A stretch of 64,000 nucleotides of DNA from an uncultured candidate division Zixibacteria bacterium (GCA_963664195.1 OY760907.1:2464001-2528000); one strand, 5' to 3'; shown: positions 36,794 through 46,991, counted from the first letter of the stretch. A program made the numbers and translations. The notes: generated by a model not told the origin, from the letters alone.

Positions 36794-39280
36794 TCATCCG
36801 AACTGTGTCTGCTCAACTTCTTTTCTGATCTTGTCGACCAGAGTCTTTGAGAACCGGCCTTCAACTTCACTTTCGATTAACGCTCGGCAGTCTCTCATCT
36901 TGCCGGCTCTGGCAAGTAGGATCACTTTGGCCGATATGTAGCTGGCCTTGTCGTAGATGTCCGAGTCTTTCCTGAATGTGCCGTCAATTGACTTGATGAC
37001 CAGTTCGAGGTCTTCCCAGTTAGAGAAAGCTCGACAAATCTCGATCTGTGTAAGGCGGGGATAAATACTTCTAGGATAGGCGGCAACTCCGTCCCTTGCA
37101 GCGTTTAAGGCACGTTCTTCGTCATGCTCCACGGCTGCAAGAAACTCTGCATGGATAATCATATACATTTCTCTTGCCCGCCGGTGAGAATTATTCCTCA
37201 GGCTCTCGACCATTTTCTCTAGTTCGTCTCTCTTATTAGCCAAGGGGATGTCAGCGTTTCTAATCAAGCATCTGAAGTAGCTCTGGACATTGTACGGATT
37301 GTTTCGCAGCAATTCGTAGTTGTCCTTAGCGAGTTGGAAGGCCAGCTGGTGTTCCTCTAGGTTCAGATACACTTGAACGAGCTCTCGCTTTGCCTTGTAG
37401 TGTCTAGGGCTTACTTCGAGAACGTCCAGTAGCCGATCTACTGCATCCTCATGGCGGCCAATCAATCGGTAATAGAAGCCGAGCAAAAAGTTGTGGTCAG
37501 GACCATCGATGTTCTGTACCTCCTCCACTAAGCGCCGGTCCCTTTTTCGTGCCAGCGAGAGGCACAGCCATATCCTCACCTCCATCATAACACGTTGGTC
37601 CAGATACTTCTCCTTGAGGAGAACCCTGTCGGCAAGCGCTATTACGTAGTCATACCGTCTTTCGTTGTCATAAAGATCACGCATCGCGTGCAAATAGTGC
37701 GATGGGAGGAGCAGTCTCTCCGGAATCGAGAACCCTCTCTTCAGAGCCTCTTTGACTGACACGAAGTAGTCGGACATATCTCGGTCTAGCGTATCGTATT
37801 GATCGAAGGTGGATCGGACATGAGATTCAAGATTGTCAGTATATTGCTTGTCCCGTTTGATCCCTATTCTTTGTATGTGATCACGTATCGCATCGTTCAG
37901 TCTAATGTACTCTCTAGTCGCGCCTATGAACTCGATAATGAAGCCGTTGGAGAAGTCTTCCATGATGGTGCGGACATCTCCGAAGTCCTCCTTGAACACT
38001 GATTCCAAGAGACCAAAACTGACTAGCTCACAGTCGGACAGAAATCCCAATACCTGCTTTGCTAACCCATTCGACTCGTATTCCTGCATTAGATGGGCAA
38101 CCTTCTCCGAATTGTAGTCAGGAATTATGTGCAGGTTGTTCATTACGTAAGGCAATCCTTCCGAGATCATGTTCTCAAACGTGAAAAACACTTGCTCCGG
38201 AAAGCCATTGAACAATTCACATATTGTTCCAAAATCTTGTGGGCTGATCTGACAATTCTCGAGGTCCAAGAGAGCTCTGAACAGAGCGTTGCGTTCGTAC
38301 CTCTCAAGTTCCGGCACCTCGACTCCGAAGATGTTGTCTCCGTGCAGATGACTATGGTGCCTCACTCGATTTCTGGATATCAAGCAGACGAACAGTCGCT
38401 GAATCGCGGACAGGCCGCTCACAATCTGTCTGAACCAATCAATTATTACACCATCTCTCCCGACAATGGCATAGTTGTCCACCACAAAGACAATAGCCTC
38501 GTGCTTCTCGATTTCCAGCAGCAATTCTGTGGCAAGAGAGATTTTGTCATCCATGTCTCTGTCGAGGAGGTTTAGCAACTCGTTGCGTCTTTTCTGGGAG
38601 AGCCCGAGATCGTAGAGGCCGATGACAAAGTCCTCGATGCTGTCTCTGCTTCCGAGTACGATTGTCGGTGGTGCGTATCCCTCTCGGATCTTATTGGAGT
38701 TCTTTAAGCAATGAGTAGTGAATTTCCTGCGGCCGATTGATGGCATTCCTGCCGTAACCAAAAGCAGGGGAATAGGCTTCTCGTAATTGAAGATGCGCTC
38801 CTCATACTGCCTTATCAACTCGGTCCTTCCCACGAACAACTGCGCCAAGTCTCTGTTCTTGGGGTAGATCTCCCAAGTCAGTGTTTTTAGAATTTGACCA
38901 ATTCTCTCTGCTGCCTTGGTTGGTTTTGAGACATACTTCAGGTTGTAGTTGTCTCTGATCCAAGCTGGAATTCTGTCGTCATCATAACGAATATGGTGGT
39001 CAATGATTATCGGGTAGAGCCGTCTGATGTTTCCTGCGCTGATCAGTTCGTGAGCTTTCTCGATCTCGGAAGTTACCCAGGTACTCTGCAGAGCTTCCTC
39101 GGATATGAAAAGAACGAATAGACTGGTTTCGGACAGTCCGTGGAGAATCTCGTCGAAGGTTTTGTTTCCTTCCTCAAATGTCAAAGTGTCATAGACTAGG
39201 CGGGACGCCCCTAAATGCCTAGCGACTACATCAACGTATCCCTTCTGCTTGCTACTGTGCGACAGGAATGCTCTCAGCAT
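36794..39280 (-). CDS. TIR domain + STAND-like NTPase + TPR protein (candidate anti-phage sensor)
   Basis: AFLSHSS...FVLFIS...SxWVxxE TIR motifs; FVGR; Walker A-like GMPSIGRR; Walker B-like VFVVDN; helical TPR-like C-terminus; visibly more AT-rich than its neighbours. Confidence 0.8.
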   Translation of the reverse strand: MLRAFLSHSSKQKGYVDVVARHLGASRLVYDTLTFEEGNKTFDEILHGLSETSLFVLFISEEALQSTWVTSEIEKAHELISAGNIRRLYPIIIDHHIRYDDDRIPAWIRDNYNLKYVSKPTKAAERIGQILKTLTWEIYPKNRDLAQLFVGRTELIRQYEERIFNYEKPIPLLLVTAGMPSIGRRKFTTHCLKNSNKIREGYAPPTIVLGSRDSIEDFVIGLYDLGLSQKRRNELLNLLDRDMDDKISLATELLLEIEKHEAIVFVVDNYAIVGRDGVIIDWFRQIVSGLSAIQRLFVCLISRNRVRHHSHLHGDNIFGVEVPELERYERNALFRALLDLENCQISPQDFGTICELFNGFPEQVFFTFENMISEGLPYVMNNLHIIPDYNSEKVAHLMQEYESNGLAKQVLGFLSDCELVSFGLLESVFKEDFGDVRTIMEDFSNGFIIEFIGATREYIRLNDAIRDHIQRIGIKRDKQYTDNLESHVRSTFDQYDTLDRDMSDYFVSVKEALKRGFSIPERLLLPSHYLHAMRDLYDNERRYDYVIALADRVLLKEKYLDQRVMMEVRIWLCLSLARKRDRRLVEEVQNIDGPDHNFLLGFYYRLIGRHEDAVDRLLDVLEVSPRHYKAKRELVQVYLNLEEHQLAFQLAKDNYELLRNNPYNVQSYFRCLIRNADIPLANKRDELEKMVESLRNNSHRRAREMYMIIHAEFLAAVEHDEERALNAARDGVAAYPRSIYPRLTQIEICRAFSNWEDLELVIKSIDGTFRKDSDIYDKASYISAKVILLARAGKMRDCRALIESEVEGRFSKTLVDKIRKEVEQTQFG

Positions 39281-39669
39281 AACTTTTCCCTTCAGCTATA
39301 GTATGCGCCGGTTCATGCCAACCGCGCGAGTGTTCTTTGTGTCATCTCCGCACTCCGTTGTCGGACTGCGGATTCGGATCGGGGTACAGCACTCCCTCGA
39401 TAGGTCTGTCAGTCACTCTGACGAGTAGCTTCGCGAGTGTGTTGCCTATAGCGGCTGGTGGGTCGATCTGCGCCGCTGTCTCACAGACATGTCGAGGGTG
39501 TCGCTATTGCATTTGCTGAATTCCCCACGCCCAATATAGGATAAATCGATCTATTCTGCAAGCGGATGAGAAGAAAAAGAAGAGAGCATTGTGCACACTT
39601 CGACAGGCTCACAGACTGGTCTGGTTGTGTGACTGATTTGTATGGCTGGGCCGCTAGCGTCCAAAAAAG

Positions 39670-39743
39670 TACCCCCGGCTGGATTCGAACCAGCTACCCT
39701 CTGCTTAGAAGGCAGATGCTCTATCCAAATGAGCTACGGGGGC
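39670..39743 (-). tRNA. tRNA-Arg(TCT)
   Basis: GCCCCCGTAGCTCATTTGGATAGAGCA-TCTGC-CTTCTAA-GCAGA-GGGTAGCTGGTTCGAATCCAGCCGGGGGTA; CCA not encoded. Confidence 0.97.
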
Positions 39744-39862
39744 GTACAGACACTAGTGTCATTCACTTCTTCGGCGCAAGGCCAAAAGTAAACCTCAAAG
39801 CATCATCGCGCAAGACTTTTCCTCGCAGGAATAGGGGAGAGGTTGTCTAACAGATTGAGCCG

Positions 39863-39890
39863 GGGCAGACGAGGGCGTCTGCCGCCCACA
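39863..39890 (-). repeat. REP-like palindromic element, copy 2
   Basis: Reverse complement TGTGGGCGGCAGACGCCCTCGTCTGCCC matches 6761-6788. Confidence 0.75.
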
Positions 39891-40104
39891 AATCAGAGTC
39901 TTTCGCCGTCAGAGACTGGAATCGATTTCACTCCCAAACCCGTAGTAACCACCGGCTCCGGCCCGCTTTATTGTAACTAATGCCACCATCGGACAAAAGA
40001 GGCGCAAGCGGCCTTGTTCTGACACGGCCATTGATTGTTATTTCATAGGAGGGGGGACGGAGTATGCAGATGAATATGCCTGAACAAAAAGGGGAGAGTA
40101 GAGA

Positions 40105-41055
40105 ATGAAAACAGTCGGTAACCCCCGGAGACTGAATGTCCTGTTCTATAACGCCCATCTATTCGGCGATGAGGCCACGGTCCGGTTTGTCGATCTACTG
40201 AGTCGGATTCGCAGCGGCAATCCAATTCTCTACAAAGATGTTTTGCGTGCCGATCTTCTGGCGGGTCGATTGAATCTTCAAGAAGATACCGATGTCGTCG
40301 GACTCTGCGAAGTCTGGGACGACGAAATCTCCGAACGTATCCGCGAACGGGTGGAACACGAGTATCCGCATTCCTACCGTCCGCGCAAGAAACTTGTAAA
40401 CGGGGAAGAGGAGGACGTCTTCGGCTCGGGACTGCTTCTGCTGAGCAAGGTCCCTTTCACGAGGATCGGGCGCACCCCTTTCAAACTGGAGTCAGGCGAC
40501 GATGCCTGGAGTCAGAAGGGATACGCCCGCGTTGCTCTCCGAATTCCGGGCAATCGACGGGTGATGCTTGTCTGGACACACCTTCAGGCCAACGCCAACG
40601 AGTCTGCACGCGCCATTCGGGCAAAACAGATATCGCAACTTCGAACCACAATAGACTATTCCAGTCGCCGTCCCCGGTTTGCCGATCTGCCGGTAATTCT
40701 GATGGGAGATTTCAACGTGAAGGCCGAAGACCGCTTCGGCAGGTACACCGACGAGTATCGCCAAATGCTCAATGCCCTCCGCATGAAGGACGCCTTTCGA
40801 GTTGCCCACGCCGATCCCGCCGCCGCTCCCGGATTCACTTCCGATGCGGATCACAACAGCCTACTGCCCCTGTTTCACGACGGCTGTGACTGTCAGCGTC
40901 TCGATTACGTGTTTTTCCACGACCGCAAGGAAAGGCTCCGCCTGAAAGCTTGTGACCTTCAAGAACTTACAACGACATCGCTCAACGGTAATAGTCCGCC
41001 GGTTCGACACCTGTCGGATCACTTCGGTGTGAGGGCTTCTTTCGACCTCGCCTAG
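40105..41055 (+). CDS. Endonuclease/exonuclease/phosphatase family protein (sphingomyelinase-like)
   Basis: FYN, DVVGLCEVW, SGLLLLSK, THLQA, GDFN, RLDYVF, SDHFGV. Confidence 0.88.
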   Translation: MKTVGNPRRLNVLFYNAHLFGDEATVRFVDLLSRIRSGNPILYKDVLRADLLAGRLNLQEDTDVVGLCEVWDDEISERIRERVEHEYPHSYRPRKKLVNGEEEDVFGSGLLLLSKVPFTRIGRTPFKLESGDDAWSQKGYARVALRIPGNRRVMLVWTHLQANANESARAIRAKQISQLRTTIDYSSRRPRFADLPVILMGDFNVKAEDRFGRYTDEYRQMLNALRMKDAFRVAHADPAAAPGFTSDADHNSLLPLFHDGCDCQRLDYVFFHDRKERLRLKACDLQELTTTSLNGNSPPVRHLSDHFGVRASFDLA

Positions 41056-41142
41056 AGGGGCCATTTCAGGTCACTGACCGTTCCCGCCACCTTTCTGATC
41101 ATGAAAACTGTACCATTAAATGAAAATAATGTCATGTTTTTG

Positions 41143-41182
41143 TTGCGCTGTGAACAGGAAAACGTATAATACATGAAACGTT
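41143..41182 (+). promoter_or_regulatory. Candidate sigma70 promoter with overlapping inverted repeat (possible TetR operator)
   Basis: TTGCGC-N16-TATAAT; AAACGT..ACGTTT flanks the -10 box. Confidence 0.4.
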
Positions 41183-41202
41183 TAGTGCTCGTGGAGTGAT
41201 GA

Positions 41203-41772
41203 GTGGAAAAGAAACAGGCGATCATCGGAGCTGCACAAACCCTTTTTAGCCAGTTTGGGCTGAAGAAGGTGACCACGGACGATATCGCCCGGTCTGCGAA
41301 GGTATCGAAAGCCACTATTTATAAACACTATCGCAATAAATCGGCTATTTTCGACGAGGTGGTCAAGCTGGAGGCGCAGCAGCTTCTGAATGCCATTCGT
41401 GAGGCTACCGCACAGGAACCTTCGATGGCCGGCAAGATGAAGGCTCATGTGGTCTCTCGAATGAACACAGTATGCAACTTGATCAACCTCTATCGTGTTA
41501 CACAAGATACATGGGGTGACTTCTGGCCCCACCTGGCTGAAATGGACGAATGGTTGATATCCGAGGAGACGGCTCTGCTGTCCGCGACCATGCGCGAGGG
41601 CGTTTCGCTCGGAGAATTTGAGATAAATCGTATTGACTTTGCTGCCCGTATGGCCGTTGTTGCATTTAAGTCCATCGAGTTTCCGTGGACCATGCAGAAG
41701 TACGGTGTGACTCCTGCTGAGTATGCCGACATGATGGTTGACATGATGCTCAACGGAATCCGCAAGCGGTGA
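41203..41772 (+). CDS. TetR/AcrR family transcriptional regulator
   Basis: AQTLFSQFGLKKVTTDDIARSAKVSKATIYKHYRNK helix-turn-helix. Confidence 0.93.
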   Translation: MEKKQAIIGAAQTLFSQFGLKKVTTDDIARSAKVSKATIYKHYRNKSAIFDEVVKLEAQQLLNAIREATAQEPSMAGKMKAHVVSRMNTVCNLINLYRVTQDTWGDFWPHLAEMDEWLISEETALLSATMREGVSLGEFEINRIDFAARMAVVAFKSIEFPWTMQKYGVTPAEYADMMVDMMLNGIRKR

Positions 41773-41848
41773 AGATGCATCAGTAGCTGGCGGCCAAAGT
41801 GTGCCGGAAACCTTCCGGGTATTTATTGGTCAGCTAAGGAGAAGAGAT

Positions 41849-43693
41849 ATGTCTGGTCTACGCAGGAACGACCATGCCAAGTTTGCACCCGGGAACGAAA
41901 ATCCCCACTCGTTTCACATCCCCGTGATGGGGACCGGGTTCACCATTGATACTCCCTTGCGTGTTGCGAAGTACGGCATTTCCTCGGTCGTTTCCATCGG
42001 CGATGATGTGCTCATTGAGAGTATGCGGAAATACCACTGCGAGCAGAACCGTCTTGCATACGAGGAGATTCCTGCCAGGAGTGAAGACTCGCGCTCACGT
42101 CGTATTAGCGCGTACCTTGACCTTATGCAGGAACTGGTGAAAGATCAATCAAAGCGTCTGCAGGCCGAGCCTTTCGAGGAAGGCAGCGACATCAGCAAGT
42201 ATTTTAACATGCTTCCGGAGACTCCATTGAAGCTGGAATACCGTGCGATGCTTGCTACCGACGATGAATCGGAAAAGAGTCGCCGGCAGGACGCCTTGCG
42301 TGCCCGGGCCATTCCCGGCAGTATCGATGTCAATATAATGGCCAAAGCCGATTTCGACAGATACCGCAACGGTGAGAAACTGCCGCCGGAGGAAGCGGTG
42401 GCCATGTCTGCCGTCCGGGGGTTTGCCAACAGCGGATTGGAAAGCTCAATCGTCTTGTCTGCCGGCTTGAACCGTCGCTTGTATGCCTACATAACAGAAT
42501 TCCAGGATTTCTACCCCGATGAGAACGGCCGCGTTAAGAAAAAGATCATTTTGAAGGTGTCCGACTTCCGGTCGGCTCTGCTTCAGGGAAAGTTGCTGGC
42601 CAAAAAGGGTCTGTGGATATCTGAGTTCCGTGTCGAATCCGGGCTTAACTGCGGCGGGCACGCCTTCTCCACCAAGGGCTATCTGATGGGGCCTATCCTG
42701 GAAGAGTTCAAACAGAAACGGACCGAACTCGTCGAGGAGTTCCACACCCTTTACTCCAAAGCGCTGACCGAACAGGGGCATGCCGTCGGCGACAGACCGC
42801 GAGGAATGAAGGTCACCGTCCAGGGAGGTATTGCCACCGCCGAAGAGGACGAGTTCCTTCGTACCTACTATCAACTTGATGGCACCGGCTGGGGGACACC
42901 GTTCCTTCTGGTGCCGGAGGCTACCCGAGTCGATCCCGCACATCTCAAGAAGTTGTGTGAGGCTGGCGACAATGACGTCTTTCTCAGTGGTGCCTCACCT
43001 CTTGGCGTGCCGTTCTGGACTCTTCGCAATTCTTCAAGCGAAGAAGCCCGGCGCAAGCGTATCGCTATTGACAAGCCGGGCAGCCCTTGCCCGAAGGGCT
43101 TCCTCAGTTCAGATACGGAATTCACGTCTGCTCCGATATGCAAGGCTTCACGCACCTACCAGAAGCGCAAGTTGAATCAACTCGCCGCCAGCACGCTGGC
43201 CACGGACAAGATCGTTGCCCTGCACAACCAGATAGTGGCCAAGGCCTGTATCTGCCATGACCTCGCCGGAGGGGCCACTCTGCTCACCGGCATTGACCCG
43301 AAAGCCAGACCGGCTATCTGCTGTGGACCAGTGATCTCCGCCTTTTCAAAAACCAGCACACTGGAAGAGATGGTCGGACATATCTACGGTCGCCTGTCAA
43401 TCATGACGCGCACTGATCGGTCGCACATGCTCGTCAACGAGCTGCAATTGTACGTGGACTTCCTCAAGCAGGAGATCATTGATGCTTCCGCCGGCCTGCT
43501 CAGCCGGACCCAGAAGCATTTCGCCGAGTTCAAGGAAAACCTCGTCTCCGGCGCGCAATACTATCGACAGTTGGCCGAAGAGTTTGGTAAAGAAAAGCGG
43601 GAGAGCTTTCTCAAGGACATCGAGGATTTGCTGGCCGAACTGGACTCGGTCTCCATCGACTCGTTTGTTGCGATGTCCGCCAGGGCGATGTGA
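41849..43693 (+). CDS. Conserved uncharacterised protein, probable FMN TIM-barrel oxidoreductase (NMO/FabK/FabX-like)
   Basis: HSFHIPVMG, ESGLNCGGH, VQGGI, GWGTPF; C-terminal Cys set SPC..C..CIC. Confidence 0.6.
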   Translation: MSGLRRNDHAKFAPGNENPHSFHIPVMGTGFTIDTPLRVAKYGISSVVSIGDDVLIESMRKYHCEQNRLAYEEIPARSEDSRSRRISAYLDLMQELVKDQSKRLQAEPFEEGSDISKYFNMLPETPLKLEYRAMLATDDESEKSRRQDALRARAIPGSIDVNIMAKADFDRYRNGEKLPPEEAVAMSAVRGFANSGLESSIVLSAGLNRRLYAYITEFQDFYPDENGRVKKKIILKVSDFRSALLQGKLLAKKGLWISEFRVESGLNCGGHAFSTKGYLMGPILEEFKQKRTELVEEFHTLYSKALTEQGHAVGDRPRGMKVTVQGGIATAEEDEFLRTYYQLDGTGWGTPFLLVPEATRVDPAHLKKLCEAGDNDVFLSGASPLGVPFWTLRNSSSEEARRKRIAIDKPGSPCPKGFLSSDTEFTSAPICKASRTYQKRKLNQLAASTLATDKIVALHNQIVAKACICHDLAGGATLLTGIDPKARPAICCGPVISAFSKTSTLEEMVGHIYGRLSIMTRTDRSHMLVNELQLYVDFLKQEIIDASAGLLSRTQKHFAEFKENLVSGAQYYRQLAEEFGKEKRESFLKDIEDLLAELDSVSIDSFVAMSARAM

Positions 43694-43715
43694 ATGTAGG
43701 TTGAATCAAAAAAAA

Positions 43716-43789
43716 TCGGGGTGATAGGATTTGAACCTACGACTTCTTGCTCCCAAAGCAAGCGCGCTACCAGGCTGCGCCACACCCCG
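43716..43789 (-). tRNA. tRNA-Pro(TGG)
   Basis: CGGGGTGTGGCGCAGCCTGGTAGCGCG-CTTGC-TTTGGGA-GCAAG-AAGTCGTAGGTTCAAATCCTATCACCCCGA; CCA not encoded. Confidence 0.97.
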
Positions 43790-43802
43790 ATTAGAGCCAA
43801 AC

Positions 43803-43831
43803 ATAATACGGCCCGCTCCGTCACCTGTCAA
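43803..43831 (-). promoter_or_regulatory. Sigma70 promoter of tRNA-Pro
   Basis: TTGACA-N17-TATTAT. Confidence 0.7.
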
Positions 43832-44019
43832 GCTGAGCTTTTTCGATCTTCACTGAATCCCCGATATATCGCCGTGAGTATAACCTTTGCAGTCTTGAAT
43901 GAGACGCCCTTGTGTCGCGCTGTGTGCGGTGCGAACGTGTTCTGCTGATTTTCTCCGGCGATCAGGGAATCTTCTATTGGTGCTTGCGAACTACTTGAAT
44001 TGACGTACATTTGATGACA

Positions 44020-45051
44020 ATGGCAAAAAACAACCTTATAGGATACACCCTCAATCAGATGGAGTCCCTCTTCGTTGATCTCGAAGAGAAGAAGTACCGT
44101 GGCAAACAGCTCTACAAATGGTTGTACTGCGACCGTCTGTATGAGTTCGACCGGATGACGAACTTCTCCAAGGACCTCCGTTCTAAGCTGGCCGACAGAT
44201 TCGACATGCGTCCTCTAATTCTCGTCAAGAAACAGAAATCCGAGGACGGTACCGAGAAATTCCTGTTTGAACTCGAAGACGCCCTTCGGATCGAATCTGT
44301 CCTCGTGCAACTGGAAGACCGTCGCGCTTTGTGCGTATCCTCGCAGGTTGGATGTGCTCTGGACTGTCGTTTCTGTGCCACCGGTACCATGGGCTTTGAA
44401 CGCAATCTGACGATTGGGGAAATCCTCGGCCAGATCATGTACGTGAGAGACTACAGGGGGGAAGATTGTTTTGCCAATATCGTATTTATGGGGATGGGTG
44501 AGCCACTGAACAACTATGACAATATCGTCGAAGTGATTCGCATTTTGACTGATTCCATGGGATTCGGCATTGGTGCCAAGAGGATAGTTGTGTCGACTGC
44601 CGGTGTCGTGCCCAAGATCCGACAGCTCGCCGAGTCCGGTCTGAAAGCAAGACTTGCGGTGTCGCTCAACGCCGCCACGCAGGTCAAAAGACTCAAAATC
44701 ATGCCCGTTACGAAAGGTTTTCCCCTCCACGACCTAATGGAGGCGATTCGCTATTATACGGGAAAGACTGGCACTCGCGTCACGTTTGAGTATATTCTGA
44801 TGGACGGCTTTAATGACACCCGCGAAGATGTCCTGGCACTCGCCCGGATAATCGAGGGTATCCCGTGCAAAATAAATCTACTGGCATACAACCCGGTCGA
44901 TGGACTCGACTACCGGCGGCCCGACGACAGCAAAGTCGATTGGTTTGCCCGCGAGTTGTTTCCCCGTGCTCCGGCCGTTACGGTACGCAGGAGTCGGGGC
45001 CGGGACATTGACGCAGCCTGCGGACAGTTGGTTGCCAAAAACAGGAGGTAG
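44020..45051 (+). CDS. rlmN: Dual-specificity RNA methyltransferase RlmN (radical SAM)
   Basis: CVSSQVGCALDCRFCATG, FMGMGEP, DIDAACGQL. Confidence 0.96.
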   Translation: MAKNNLIGYTLNQMESLFVDLEEKKYRGKQLYKWLYCDRLYEFDRMTNFSKDLRSKLADRFDMRPLILVKKQKSEDGTEKFLFELEDALRIESVLVQLEDRRALCVSSQVGCALDCRFCATGTMGFERNLTIGEILGQIMYVRDYRGEDCFANIVFMGMGEPLNNYDNIVEVIRILTDSMGFGIGAKRIVVSTAGVVPKIRQLAESGLKARLAVSLNAATQVKRLKIMPVTKGFPLHDLMEAIRYYTGKTGTRVTFEYILMDGFNDTREDVLALARIIEGIPCKINLLAYNPVDGLDYRRPDDSKVDWFARELFPRAPAVTVRRSRGRDIDAACGQLVAKNRR

Positions 45052-45059
45052 AACTACCG

Positions 45060-46466
45060 ATGCGGTTCTGTTATCGATTTTCTCTGATGCTGATTGCGAT
45101 TTGTTTGGTGGTTGGCAGCGTTGCCGCCCAGACTCCCGAAGTCACTGTTGGTGATCTTGATTTCCCTAATCGAGTTTGGGGAACCCAGACGATGTCCTTC
45201 GAAGTCACCAACAACACCGAGATGCTGAAATTCATGACAGTGGAAACAGATGTCGCCTTTCCGGATTCTTACGCCAATCCGCAGCGACACAAATCTCAGC
45301 ACTTTATCCTGCCGCCGGCGACGACAAAGACTTTCACTCCCGAACTGGAGATCCCCGGATGTTACGGACAGGGCGATGTTTGGGTGCGGATTATCGACGT
45401 GGTGGATACACTTGATGACGTCTCCATCGGGCACCAGGCTTTTGAGCAGAAATTCTCCCTGAGATTCAATCGCCCGGCTACGGTTGAGCCGTACTACCAG
45501 GAACGGATTACCCTGCCGCCGCTGATGAACAAGTCACAGGACCTGGATAGTGAGTTTTCACGACTGCTCCTGATCATGCTCAACGAAGGCAAGTCGCTCG
45601 AGGAGATAGCGCAGATTACCGGGACAACCCTTGAGTCGGTGCAAAACGTCGCCCTGACCCTGGCGGAGGCACATTATATCCGCGACTACGACGGCGTGTA
45701 TCGAGTTGTTCCGCCGGTTATTCTCCTTGCCGAAGCCGAAGAATCCCGTAAACTGGCAGTTCGCATTTCGGACCAGTTGGTTGAGTTGATCGGAAGGAAC
45801 GACGCCAGATACGACGCCGTAATCGACAGCCTGGTTGCCGCCGGTGCACTTGATCCCAATGACATGGGTTTCATGAGCGGCAAAGGCGTGCTCCTGGACA
45901 AGTATCCCGTATATACCGGTCTGTATCTCTGGCAGGTGTTGGGACAAAGATTCATCAATAATAATCTCGCCGTCCAGATATTTCAGAATTCGAACCCCTG
46001 TCGACCGAATATCGGTACATATATGTACATTGCTCAGGGTGGCGACTTCTTCAACGGCCATCATTACTATGATCTGACCGAGCGTCGCAACTCGATGGAA
46101 TTCTCTTTTGGCGATCAGATTCCGATTATTACCTGTCAGCCCGGCTGGGAGAACAAACAGAAGCTGTCTCCCAAGGCGGATTGGACCATCGAGGAAGAGT
46201 ATCGTCCTGAATCGATTGTCTACGACAGCGTGATTGTCCATCCGGCACTGCGAGCACTTGACACCGGGGCGGAAGCCATTCTCGATGCCGCCAGGGACGA
46301 GCTTCGCGAAATCCATATCAAACACGGCCATCAACAGTTCTCTGCCGGAGTGCGATACTGGTTCTGGAACCTGACCGCGACCCTGACTGTCGACAAACTG
46401 GTCAAGGCGGGAACGATCACGAAAAAGGGTAACGGTCAGTACCGCTTCATACGGAAGAACAGATAA
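45060..46466 (+). CDS. Exported hypothetical protein
   Basis: Signal peptide ending VAA-Q; in an apparent operon with rlmN. Confidence 0.75.
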   Translation: MRFCYRFSLMLIAICLVVGSVAAQTPEVTVGDLDFPNRVWGTQTMSFEVTNNTEMLKFMTVETDVAFPDSYANPQRHKSQHFILPPATTKTFTPELEIPGCYGQGDVWVRIIDVVDTLDDVSIGHQAFEQKFSLRFNRPATVEPYYQERITLPPLMNKSQDLDSEFSRLLLIMLNEGKSLEEIAQITGTTLESVQNVALTLAEAHYIRDYDGVYRVVPPVILLAEAEESRKLAVRISDQLVELIGRNDARYDAVIDSLVAAGALDPNDMGFMSGKGVLLDKYPVYTGLYLWQVLGQRFINNNLAVQIFQNSNPCRPNIGTYMYIAQGGDFFNGHHYYDLTERRNSMEFSFGDQIPIITCQPGWENKQKLSPKADWTIEEEYRPESIVYDSVIVHPALRALDTGAEAILDAARDELREIHIKHGHQQFSAGVRYWFWNLTATLTVDKLVKAGTITKKGNGQYRFIRKNR

Positions 46467-46894
46467 TGAAAGCGCTCGCTGTTCTTGCGGCGTTTCTCAT
46501 ACTGCTGAGCCTCCTGGGCTGCGGCGAAGAGAAACTACCGTCGCGCGATGAGATCCCGGTGTTGCGAAGCACGCTCGCAACACTGGACACGGCTATTGCC
46601 AGTCATAACCGGGCGGCAATTGATTCGATGCTTTCGGTTGAGATTCTCGACGAAGGTCAGGATTCCGACTCATTGCTGAGGCTTTGTTATGGCCCCGAGG
46701 GTAGATTCGCTTTTGAGCACTTGGGCAACTACGATATCTTCTTCAGCCGCCAGATGGCGGTGATCGACTGCTTTGTGCAGGACAGTTCTCAGTTGAAGGA
46801 CCGCCCCTTGAAACTGTATTTCAAGCCGGACAACAAACGCTGGCTGCTGAAGAAGTTTGAAGCGGGGGAGTGGGACACGACAACGGCTGAGTAA
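46466..46894 (+). CDS. Lipoprotein, possibly NTF2-like fold
   Basis: LLG-C lipobox; TAATG overlap with the previous gene. Confidence 0.7.
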   Translation: MKALAVLAAFLILLSLLGCGEEKLPSRDEIPVLRSTLATLDTAIASHNRAAIDSMLSVEILDEGQDSDSLLRLCYGPEGRFAFEHLGNYDIFFSRQMAVIDCFVQDSSQLKDRPLKLYFKPDNKRWLLKKFEAGEWDTTTAE

Positions 46895-46937
46895 GTATCT
46901 GACGAATGATCGTTCTTTTGCTGACTAATCGAGTCAC

Positions 46938-46970
46938 AAAAAAGCCCGCCAAACCGGCGGGCTTTTTCTT
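46938..46970. terminator. Bidirectional intrinsic terminator
   Basis: AAAAAAGCCCGCC-AAACC-GGCGGGCTTTTT. Confidence 0.85.
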
Positions 46971-46991
46971 GTTAGCTTCTGCTGATCTATC

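Noticed and set aside
36724..39669. Prophage or integrative element at tRNA-Arg
   Set aside because: No integrase, no phage genes and no duplicated tRNA 3' end seen; only a single foreign-looking gene.
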